DNA of 25,649 bases, from the IMG/VR virus record IMGVR_UViG_3300042318_000011, positions 1 to 25,649 of that record; one strand, written 5' to 3'. How positions within the stretch are numbered: the stretch's first letter is position 1; each line of letters starts with the position of its first letter. The DNA comes from a virus (taxonomy: Duplodnaviria; Caudoviricetes). Of this stretch, positions 18,801 through 25,649 are shown piece by piece. The notes beneath the pieces are model-generated. The model saw only the letters and a program-made list of their open reading frames with translations, ran no database searches and was not told the DNA's origin. Made by a program: the position numbers and the translations under genes.

Positions 18801-20549
18801 CTTCATTGAACCAGCAAGACGGCGAACTTGACGGTAGTCGGGTAAAATAAACATTTCATCTGCTAGTTCACCTAAAGAACCTGGACCTTGGAATACCAAA
18901 TTGTCCCATTGGTCAGGACGGAACTGCCCAAGAATTTCATCGGGGATATCTGCCCGCATTGCTTGGAATGCACCACCGTCAGTAACAATGCCTGCTTCAT
19001 CAATAGTGTATGTGCGAACTCTTGTTAGTTCTTCTCGTGATGCTTCAATGACTCTTGCAAGGACAGTGTTAGCATCTTCTGTTCTACCGAACTCTTTAAA
19101 GACGGTAGTGAAAGCACCATTGAACGCTTCTTGTACTGCGTCACGGGCTACAGCAGGGTCGGTCAGACTGTAAGCCCTAACGATTTCGTCCATAACTGTC
19201 GTGTATTTTTCGCTACCTTTTTTAATTCCAGCACCAATTAGATAGTTGGAATATGTACGGACTGCTTTGGTTCGGTCCATCCCTGAACCGCCAATGATTA
19301 CACTGCCTGCTGGCATTTCTGTAAACCATTTACTGTTGCGAATGTTGCGGAACAAAGGGATGCGTTCTGTTGTGTCATCTAAAGCCGTGCCAAATTTTCC
19401 TTTAGCCATGCTGAAGTCACGGATATCAGTGGTTAGTCTGACCTCGTTAGGGTCTTTACCTAGGCGTGCCGAGGCTTCACCAAGTAATCCTTTAACTTTA
19501 TCTATGTCGTCTGCTTCGGCAAAGTTCTTTGCTATCTCAGGACTAATAGTGTCTTTGAATTCTTCAAGGATGTCTAAAGTTTTTTGTTCAATACTTTTAG
19601 TTGTGTCTGCACCTACAGCAGCAAGTCTTTCTGTGAGGCGTACTGCTCGTGGGTCTTGAGTAATGAACTGACCAAATTTAGAAGCATCAAACGCTGCGGT
19701 TTCTGCTGCTGTCAAACCAGCCGCACCTTTGTAAGCCATCTTTGTTGCAGCAGACATTGCTTCTTCGCCCACAAGTGCGGGGATGATAGCGCCTTTTGCT
19801 TTTGCTGTTTTAAGGGCTGGACCTAAATATGTTGTTGGGTCTGTAGCGATGTTAAATGCTGCGTCAACAAACCCTGATAGTAAACTGTATGGTTTAGAAC
19901 CTGGTTTAAATGCCATCTGTGCAGCACCACGACCTACTGTCCATGCGTGACCATTTATTTCTCCACGAAATTCACGGGCTTTTTGAGCCTGGTTTTTTAA
20001 TGCTTCTTGACCAATAAGGAAACCTTCACCCACATCAATTGGTTTTTTAGTAATGGTTCCGTCGGCGTTCTTTACATCCATTGTTGCACCTTGTTGTGCA
20101 GCAAGCATTGTCCCTAATTGTGTGGACCTGAAGAACCCATCCATACCAGCAGGGTCGTTAGGTGAGAACGCTTCTGCAGCAAGGTTCTGTGCCATGTCTG
20201 GTACAGCCTGCAACGCAGCAAATGACCATCGTGAAACTGTTTTAAAGTTGTCTGTCACATTGGATTGAAACCAAGATTTGTTTTTCTTTTTATTAGGGTC
20301 ATTTGATTCAAGAGATTGTTTTGCAGCAGCGGGAGATATGGCATTAACAGCGTCGTCTGATATGCCTTGTTTAGCCATAGCAAGAATAATGTTTGCTGGT
20401 ATATACGGAGACTTTTTATATATCTCTGCAATGCGTTTAGCAACTACAGGGTCAGCAGATTTAGCGGTGCTTGATACTTGGTCCCTGTTATATACTGCGT
20501 TTGCTATTGATTGGTTTTCGTTAACTGGGTCAAAAGGCGACAAAGCCAT
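15873..20549 (-). CDS. Large putative internal virion/DNA ejection protein
   Basis: 1558 aa, mostly helical and Ala-rich, without tape-measure periodicity. Size and context fit a podovirus core protein. No catalytic motif recognised. Confidence 0.55.
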   Translation of the reverse strand: MALSPFDPVNENQSIANAVYNRDQVSSTAKSADPVVAKRIAEIYKKSPYIPANIILAMAKQGISDDAVNAISPAAAKQSLESNDPNKKKNKSWFQSNVTDNFKTVSRWSFAALQAVPDMAQNLAAEAFSPNDPAGMDGFFRSTQLGTMLAAQQGATMDVKNADGTITKKPIDVGEGFLIGQEALKNQAQKAREFRGEINGHAWTVGRGAAQMAFKPGSKPYSLLSGFVDAAFNIATDPTTYLGPALKTAKAKGAIIPALVGEEAMSAATKMAYKGAAGLTAAETAAFDASKFGQFITQDPRAVRLTERLAAVGADTTKSIEQKTLDILEEFKDTISPEIAKNFAEADDIDKVKGLLGEASARLGKDPNEVRLTTDIRDFSMAKGKFGTALDDTTERIPLFRNIRNSKWFTEMPAGSVIIGGSGMDRTKAVRTYSNYLIGAGIKKGSEKYTTVMDEIVRAYSLTDPAVARDAVQEAFNGAFTTVFKEFGRTEDANTVLARVIEASREELTRVRTYTIDEAGIVTDGGAFQAMRADIPDEILGQFRPDQWDNLVFQGPGSLGELADEMFILPDYRQVRRLAGSMKFATTNKAGDQRGLLTLAEFVQNEVWKPLTLATGGYLMRNLADSQVRIAMTGLDGIFNHPIDYIRWSIKRGKGFADVMGDDFTASADELAGAWAKEQPEYVDAMTYGINQHYKDTVAAQERNLLTGNWSPVNRTTDAKAHTTGYVDNLRLLNFDPINGQIAKFMAAGDTEAEALTKVADWLKSPAATPQRKKLIEYLKQGVKVVDPSSPNDYGYIRFPGEISDETLSEWVHKLSSTKVNTIARGDNELTIIAAHNRVPVTIADMDGTFTAVRPEILDTRDLRPRDFVSGEGDIGSIIKLDNGNEGVVLSKTGTELKVQEVHPGSAFAESGLGSSYLRTLIDQKGLEGKLAETVKRAERGISEGPSSAGQKAMDVKNHFTDKIFKDLFGTITQKLERSPVFRQFYYREVANSAELLAPEEAQKLLNRIDDMVEELGIKAENYVGDKKTLKKLKEIAASSSDATGTLEELDNYAKAVALRSSKEALFDATTRNNLQDVLRIVVPFGTAWTEVLGSYARIAVEDPTRIRRAQLIFEGGRKADMGIVGGQEGQGFFYQDATTGKYSFNFPGSGSLMKLATGIDAPLQAKVTGLSLGFNFNPGVGPVFQDLASRIIPDTPKTDWIVSILLPYGRTKGVQLMPRILTQLDQIVRSDTMNLETVYGNTYMETLRVLSSSGEYDLNDESEKNKLMADAKSKARIITALRALGQFIGPTSPSAEFGVETKAGDFYATQLIKEFQKLQSENYDTAVKRFLEIHGNDALLYLSNKTESVSGGLEASEQFGDWERTDGKDIMEAFPDVAGFMAEGGDDFSFEVWSRQLRQGKRKRLTDREMIDAAQYKAGSAQYRELRKQLPANPSSQQSAWLRSWRIELNKEYPGFPVVAQFNPGEFPDKIDKLNKMLESPSLKDNDIADSTRTYLERRKDAVDQYVLAGGAEGGFATANAAAPLREWLAQWGRSLVNETPEFARIYDRLLSYEVEQ

Positions 20550-20551
20550 AT

Positions 20552-20950
20552 TTAATATCCCTCTCGCACATACGAGTCAAGCATGTCTGCGAGTTCAGGT
20601 ATAGGAAAAGCCTGGTACAAACCACGCAGTTCATTCAACACAGCGTCGCCAGCAACAGGAACAACAAACTCTCTGCCAGGTGTAGGACCTGGACCGAAAG
20701 ATGCACCCGCAGTTACAGGTTCGTCAGGTCGTTCTGTTGGGCGGCTAAACGCACCTAAGCCACCTGGTTGTATAGGTGGCGCTGACGGTGCCGATGGCAC
20801 TACTGCTGACGGGGATGGAGCCATAGGGACTGCTGATTGTGATGCCATTTGTGCACCTGCTTGCCCGTATGGTTGTCCTTTTGCTGCGGTCTTAGCAATT
20901 TTCTTTGCTGGATTACGCAGGTCTGACCTGTTCGGATATTCATTTGCCAT
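20552..20950 (-). CDS. Pro/Gly-rich hypothetical protein downstream of the portal
   Basis: 132 aa, GGAGG RBS, PTERPDEPVTAGASFGPG motif. Confidence 0.7.
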   Translation of the reverse strand: MANEYPNRSDLRNPAKKIAKTAAKGQPYGQAGAQMASQSAVPMAPSPSAVVPSAPSAPPIQPGGLGAFSRPTERPDEPVTAGASFGPGPTPGREFVVPVAGDAVLNELRGLYQAFPIPELADMLDSYVREGY

Positions 20951-20956
20951 AGTTGG

Positions 20957-22783
20957 TTACCCTCCTAAACTATTTGCGAGACTTAATACACCGCCAGGGC
21001 TTGATGGTTGTGCTGATGCTGCTGCACCGCCACCTCCAAGTTGTGCAAGCATTGCGTCCATGCCTTCTGGTGGTGGACCCATTGGCTGTTGTTCCATACC
21101 CATGCCTGGTGCTGATAAACCTGGCATTGTTTCTGGTGCACCAACTGGTGCTTGTGCAGCCTGTCGTTCTTGTGCTCGTTTTTGTGCAGCCATGATTGCT
21201 TGCGAAAGGCTCATCTTGTTTGATTGTACCTGTGTAGCAATGTATGCAAGGTCATCTGGTTGGTATGGACCGTTCGGGTCTGCTGCTTGTGTCTGAATAG
21301 AAGACAACAAAGCGGCTTCAATACCTTCAGCAACGAGACGGTCCTTCTCTAGTTCTGGGTCTGAGATGAGAGGGTCTGCTTCACGGGCTGATTCTTTAGA
21401 CATAAGTCCTGTACCGAGACGCTGACCAAGACCAACAATAAGGTTGTTGACATCTGAACCAGCGGCAGAGTACGCAACATAGTGGAAGTCTGTTTCCCAT
21501 AGTTTGTTTGGTGTGTAATCTTTGATTCCACCGCCCATACCTGGCATAAAGAATGATTTAGCGTTGGCACCCCAATAGGCTTTTTCAATAGCGATAGCAA
21601 TTTTATCTTCTTCAATCATGGATGATGCAAAGATTTCTTGGGCTTCTTGAACACGGAAGTCCACGGTTGCTGCCAATACGCTGTCACCACGGCGACCTGT
21701 GCGGATGTTGGTTCCTGATTCTCCACCGAACTCTGCGGGGATTGCACCTTCAAGGCGCTCTTGACGCTCTAAACGGTCTAGTGCTGAGTCTGTTTTGTAC
21801 CCAGGATTGGACTGTTGTATTTGAATATCTCCACCCTTGACAACACCAAGTTGCCCTGTTTTACCGTCAGCGATTTGAATAATCTCTGGGTTTTCTCCTG
21901 GTCGTGCAACAAGGTATTCATCTGGGAAGATGCCACGCTCAATAGCGATTTCAGTGAGGGCTTGCAAACGGGCACGGGTGTAGTACATACCAAGTAGACC
22001 ATCAAATTGTCCGTGTGGTTTGTCAAGAGTAATTCGTTGAGGAACAATAACAAGTGGCATACCTGTACGGTTGCTGACACGGGATAGTTCTACCGACGGG
22101 GAACCAAAGTAGGCACTACCGCTGATAGGGTCACGCTCTTTTTCATAGCCCATAACAAGGGTAACTACTTCAGTTTCACATACATATTCCAATACGGTGA
22201 ACATGTCATCTGGTTGTGGTTGTCCTACACGCAGTGTGCCGTTAATCATTGGACCAAAGTTTTGGGTTAACCATGCGTATGTGCGGCTATAAGAAAAAAT
22301 ACAATCCATTGGGACTGGGTTGTCAATGTCTGCAACGGGCGCAGGGAAGGTATCAAGCGGGTTGCGTAACTGCCACTCTGGGATTCGCTTATCAAAGTTA
22401 GGTTTGATGTAGATAGGTGAGTTGCTGTATGCAAGTAAGTGGCGGGCACGGCGACGCATCTTCATGTTCATGCGGTTCTGGTCCCAGATAGAAAGCATTG
22501 CACGCTTACGGTCACGGGCTAACTGCATTGAACGGTCTGAACCTTCACGCAAAGCAGGGAAATAAGGCACTGGCATGGTGCTTGATACACGCATAGACAT
22601 CTGGTCAAGACCCTGTACCAGTAGGTTTGCAACGGAAGATTTAGTGTTGCGGTCTAATTCGTTTAGTGGAACAACCACATCACCGTTAGCGAGTTGGCGT
22701 ACCTGACGCATTTGGCTGAGAACAGGACCTTGGGCAGTAACACGCTGGCGGTAGAGGTCAACTATTTCTTCAACTGATTTCAT
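20957..22783 (-). CDS. Portal protein
   Basis: 608 aa directly after the terminase, with a helical portal-like body and a low-complexity Pro/Gly/Met/Gln C-tail. Confidence 0.8.
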   Translation of the reverse strand: MKSVEEIVDLYRQRVTAQGPVLSQMRQVRQLANGDVVVPLNELDRNTKSSVANLLVQGLDQMSMRVSSTMPVPYFPALREGSDRSMQLARDRKRAMLSIWDQNRMNMKMRRRARHLLAYSNSPIYIKPNFDKRIPEWQLRNPLDTFPAPVADIDNPVPMDCIFSYSRTYAWLTQNFGPMINGTLRVGQPQPDDMFTVLEYVCETEVVTLVMGYEKERDPISGSAYFGSPSVELSRVSNRTGMPLVIVPQRITLDKPHGQFDGLLGMYYTRARLQALTEIAIERGIFPDEYLVARPGENPEIIQIADGKTGQLGVVKGGDIQIQQSNPGYKTDSALDRLERQERLEGAIPAEFGGESGTNIRTGRRGDSVLAATVDFRVQEAQEIFASSMIEEDKIAIAIEKAYWGANAKSFFMPGMGGGIKDYTPNKLWETDFHYVAYSAAGSDVNNLIVGLGQRLGTGLMSKESAREADPLISDPELEKDRLVAEGIEAALLSSIQTQAADPNGPYQPDDLAYIATQVQSNKMSLSQAIMAAQKRAQERQAAQAPVGAPETMPGLSAPGMGMEQQPMGPPPEGMDAMLAQLGGGGAAASAQPSSPGGVLSLANSLGG

Positions 22784-22814
22784 GCGTGACCTTTAGTGTG
22801 ACTCAAACAATGCA

Positions 22815-22823
22815 ACGATAACA
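22815..22823 (-). promoter_or_regulatory. Extended -10 promoter candidate upstream of the portal
   Basis: TGT-TATCGT in the terminase-portal gap. Confidence 0.4.
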
Positions 22824-22831
22824 TATTAGCC

Positions 22832-24805
22832 TTACTTAAGCCAGGATGGTCGCCATTGGCGGGGTGGTGGTTTGGATTCTGTGAGGTTCGGCAAGTTGAG
22901 TAGTGCCATCCATAGTGCCATAACAATGTCGGTGCCGTGTTTCTTGTCTCGTGACCATTTAGTTAACTCGTCTGTGGCTGCAAGGGTCTTCCAGTTGCCC
23001 TTCATAGACGGTAGGCGTAGTGCGCCTGACCTGATAACTGCTGGCAGTAGTGCTTCCACACCTAGGGATTCGTCTAGTTTGTTTCGGCTTGTGGTGTGTG
23101 GTATCACATTGACTCGGTGTAGGGCTTGCCATTTGCGTACAAAGTCGTGAGCCAGAAGGAAACGCTGGGCTGCGTTAATCTCTACAACCCAATGCGAGAT
23201 TGGGTAGCCCATTTGGTATGAGCGTTCCTGCATCCTGTCCATCAGCCCTGAGTATTCACCAGTCATGGTGTCATAACCAAGCACTTCTTCAGCGGATAGT
23301 TTGACTCGTTCAATGTCTACAACATGGTAAAGGTTCGTGTTCGGCTGGTAAATAATCCACACAAACGCCCAAAACATTGTAGGTGAGGGGTCTACAGCGA
23401 CGATAGATACCCACGGGTGGGCTAAACCTTCAGGGATATACCCTGGTTGGCGGTCACCATCTACACATCCTGGGTAGTCCACCCCATCTAGCCCCATGCC
23501 ACCAGTAATCCATGTGCGTTGTACCAGTTTAGAATCCAAGTCCAAGTCTTCTTGTTGATATACAACTTTGAATACATCTGGTTTGTTGTATTTAATGAAA
23601 GATAGGTCTTTCCACGGTAGACGCTTGGGGTCTAGTAGCGGTCCGTCTGGATACGGTAAAGATTTGAAAGAACGAGATTCTTTACCCGTGTCAAGTTCTT
23701 CATAATACGCTTGATAGACAATATGCCTGTACTTTTTTTGCCGTACTGGTACACCTTCAGATACATCTTCAGGGGTATGGACATCTGACCCATCGTAATT
23801 GATATCTTCTTCAATGTCGTATGTTTCTTTGGCGAGACAATGAGCGTAAAGGTCCCCCGAACCGAGTCTCTGCCCGACAACAGCCAACAACCCGCCTGGG
23901 TCGCAACGGGCTTCTGCCACTCCGTCCCATCTTTCCAAAAGTTTGTCCCTAGCCACGCTTTCTCTCGCATTGTCAGGTGAGGCAACATCGTCAAAGAGGC
24001 ATAGGTCGGCTCGGTGCCCAATGAACTCTGCTTCAATTCCGTATGCACGGACAGTTGGCTCTTTGTTGTCCAAACCATTTCCGTCAAGTTGCTCCACGAC
24101 GAACTCATCGGCACGCCAAAGCGCACCTTTGTCCACTGGTTTGAATCTTCCGTAGTCAATTGTTAAACATCCTTCTGCATCTATTGCTAATCCCTTTTGA
24201 ACCATGCCTGGGTCTGGGAGAATTGGTGATACTCGTTCTAGAGTTTCACGGATACGACGGGAATACATCTTCGCCATGTTCTGAGACACAGACCCAATCA
24301 TGACTCGTACCCGTCGGTTGCGTACTATCGCCCACACAGCCACATCATGAAACAAGGTGGACTTACCTGCTCCTGGTGGGACATTAATTACTACAAATTC
24401 TTTTTCTTCGGACTCCAACAGTTTTACAAGAGTCACAGCGGCTTCAACCTGCCACGGACTTGGCACTCGCCCTAGATAACGGCGACGGAAGTAATCAAAA
24501 TCTTCCAACCCTCGTAAGGCTTCCTCGGAAAGCATGTCATGAGGGATAGCGGATGGCATATCAATGGCATCCATGAAGTTCATGTGTTGCAGTTCTTGGC
24601 GACCACCAGACCCAGCACCAGTAGCGGCTTTATGAACAGCAGACTTATGCCCTGCTTCTAGTTCTTTAGCCTTCTTAACCCATCTACTACCTGTGTTGTA
24701 GTGGATACCCGCCTCAGCGCAAGCGTCTTTAATGTTTCGTCCAGCGGAAATGAGAGCAAAGAACTTAACTTTGTCTTGTACTGGAACAATTCGTTTTGTT
24801 CCCAT
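22832..24805 (-). CDS. terL: Terminase large subunit with an N-terminal HTH
   Basis: SPWQ adenine-binding motif, Walker A VPPGAGKST, Walker B LCLFDD, VVGQR, nuclease VAVDP, WVVEINAAQ and TDIVMALW. Confidence 0.93.
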   Translation of the reverse strand: MGTKRIVPVQDKVKFFALISAGRNIKDACAEAGIHYNTGSRWVKKAKELEAGHKSAVHKAATGAGSGGRQELQHMNFMDAIDMPSAIPHDMLSEEALRGLEDFDYFRRRYLGRVPSPWQVEAAVTLVKLLESEEKEFVVINVPPGAGKSTLFHDVAVWAIVRNRRVRVMIGSVSQNMAKMYSRRIRETLERVSPILPDPGMVQKGLAIDAEGCLTIDYGRFKPVDKGALWRADEFVVEQLDGNGLDNKEPTVRAYGIEAEFIGHRADLCLFDDVASPDNARESVARDKLLERWDGVAEARCDPGGLLAVVGQRLGSGDLYAHCLAKETYDIEEDINYDGSDVHTPEDVSEGVPVRQKKYRHIVYQAYYEELDTGKESRSFKSLPYPDGPLLDPKRLPWKDLSFIKYNKPDVFKVVYQQEDLDLDSKLVQRTWITGGMGLDGVDYPGCVDGDRQPGYIPEGLAHPWVSIVAVDPSPTMFWAFVWIIYQPNTNLYHVVDIERVKLSAEEVLGYDTMTGEYSGLMDRMQERSYQMGYPISHWVVEINAAQRFLLAHDFVRKWQALHRVNVIPHTTSRNKLDESLGVEALLPAVIRSGALRLPSMKGNWKTLAATDELTKWSRDKKHGTDIVMALWMALLNLPNLTESKPPPRQWRPSWLK

Positions 24806-24814
24806 GTAGGTTTT

Positions 24815-24823
24815 ATTCTACCA
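24815..24823 (-). promoter_or_regulatory. Extended -10 promoter candidate (near-leaderless) for the terminase
   Basis: TGG-TAGAAT lies 9 nt before ATG 24805, with no SD. Confidence 0.5.
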
Positions 24824-25084
24824 CTTAACTTTGTCAGCCCAATACGCAGCAGACATTTTTCCTTTAGCAATGTTAGAAGCATGACGGTCTTTGAACGCTT
24901 TGTTGCGTGCAGACCCGTCAGGGGAACCTGACACACCTTGTTGTCCGAAGCGGATTAGTTTCACTTCGCTACCGACTTTGGCTACAACAACATGAGATTT
25001 AGTTGGATGCTTAGGAGTTGCTTTAGGTTTATTAAACCCAGACACCCCAGCCCGTTCCAGTCGTGGGTCCTTCTTTGCTGCCAT
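24818..25084 (-). CDS. Small basic phage protein
   Basis: 88 aa with KLIRFGQQG ... FKDRH ... SAAYWADKVKW, a motif pattern I recall from uncultured aquatic phages. Confidence 0.8.
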   Translation of the reverse strand: MAAKKDPRLERAGVSGFNKPKATPKHPTKSHVVVAKVGSEVKLIRFGQQGVSGSPDGSARNKAFKDRHASNIAKGKMSAAYWADKVKW

Positions 25085-25200
25085 TACTTTTTCTTTTTAG
25101 GAGCCATCACCATTTTTTTGCCAGACTTTTTAGCCGCTGCTTTAGCGTCTTTCATTCCAGCGTCTGTGTATGGGAACTTCTTTTTTCCTACCTGTGGCAT
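25084..25200 (-). CDS. 38-aa Lys-rich peptide (absent from the ORF track)
   Basis: MPQVGKKKFPYTDAGMKDAKAAAKKSGKKMVMAPKKKK. AAGGA upstream. It fills the gap exactly and has a TAATG overlap with the next gene. Confidence 0.8.
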   Translation of the reverse strand: MPQVGKKKFPYTDAGMKDAKAAAKKSGKKMVMAPKKKK

Positions 25201-25201
25201 G

Positions 25202-25366
25202 TTACTTTCCTTTTTTGTTTCGGGATGCAGCCATGTTATCAACAAGATTCGGGTACGGACGACCCGCCTTCTTAGCCCGTGCTTTCGCTGCTGTCTTTTG
25301 AGCAGGAGAGAGAGGAGTAGATTTCTTTTTAGGGTTTGGTTTTTCCCAAACAGGTTTTGATTTCAT
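25202..25366 (-). CDS. 54-aa Lys-rich protein
   Basis: MKSKPVWEKPNPKKKSTPLSPAQKTAAKARAKKAGRPYPNLVDNMAASRNKKGK. Start reassigned to ATG 25366, 7 nt after an extended -10. Confidence 0.75.
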   Translation of the reverse strand: MKSKPVWEKPNPKKKSTPLSPAQKTAAKARAKKAGRPYPNLVDNMAASRNKKGK

Positions 25367-25373
25367 GTTGGAA

Positions 25374-25382
25374 ACAATAACA
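25374..25382 (-). promoter_or_regulatory. Extended -10 leaderless promoter candidate opening the late operon
   Basis: TGT-TATTGT followed by 7 nt and then ATG. Confidence 0.55.
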
Positions 25383-25387
25383 CCACC

Positions 25388-25396
25388 TGCTATGCT
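25388..25396 (+). promoter_or_regulatory. Divergent extended -10 promoter candidate
   Basis: TGC-TATGCT, back-to-back with the minus-strand promoter and just upstream of the structured region. Confidence 0.5.
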
Positions 25397-25402
25397 TCGT
25401 CG

Positions 25403-25649
25403 CACAAGTTCATTTCTCGCATGGCTGTATACCGTTTGCATGGTACGGGGCATTTCACACCAGGTAACTGGGGTAGATGAATCCTGCAATCAAGAACATC
25501 TGAAACAGATGGTTGTTCCCCTATTGTGTAAGAGATTCAAGCAGCGTGAACAACGACATATGTTCAACCTTTCAGGTGTCGGCTAAAAGAATTTGGCTAC
25601 GGCGACCTTGGTATCAGTTTGGTATCTAAACCGTGGGGGAGGCTAAGAC
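25403..25649 (+). ncRNA. Candidate structured non-coding RNA (runs off the window end)
   Basis: Consecutive helices including CCAG-GUAA-CUGG, a long nested hairpin at 25478-25539 and a possible pseudoknot at 25547-25581. No convincing ORF. Confidence 0.55.

Noticed and set aside
15873-20549. Tape measure protein or virion RNA polymerase call for the 1558-aa ORF
   Set aside because: No tape-measure periodicity or tail tube/chaperone genes, and no polymerase motifs were recognised.
20583-21296. 237-aa plus-strand ORF and other long antisense ORFs
   Set aside because: They lie opposite well-supported minus-strand genes and reflect the codon bias of those genes.
25365-25586. 73-aa plus-strand ORF, and the N-terminal extension of the minus ORF to 25489
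   Set aside because: Neither has an RBS or protein-like composition. The region is better explained by divergent promoters and structured RNA.

Overview
This window is the virion morphogenesis region of a tailed dsDNA phage. It is podovirus-like: no tape-measure or tail-tube gene is evident, and there are large putative ejection proteins. It resembles uncultured freshwater phages, possibly of Actinobacteria (host is an inference). All credible protein genes are on the minus strand and tightly coupled. Read right to left: three small Lys-rich proteins, terminase large subunit with a fused N-terminal HTH, portal, a Pro-rich protein, four putative internal virion proteins (1558, 249, 590, 290 aa), scaffold, N4-gp56-like major capsid protein, two small proteins, an accessory cassette, head-tail adaptor, nozzle, a collagen tail fibre with a peptidase S74 chaperone, and a holin-like gene. 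The accessory cassette is bracketed by two glycosyltransferases (GT4 and GT2-TPR) and holds a GPT-collagen fibre and three variable head proteins. Highlights: (1) a candidate virion-fibre glycosylation system; (2) a densely structured, apparently non-coding + strand RNA transcribed divergently from the late operon at the right end; (3) a structured leader upstream of scaffold/capsid; (4) recurring extended -10 promoters, several leaderless; (5) no GATC found in a manual scan. All family assignments come from motif recognition, not database searches.
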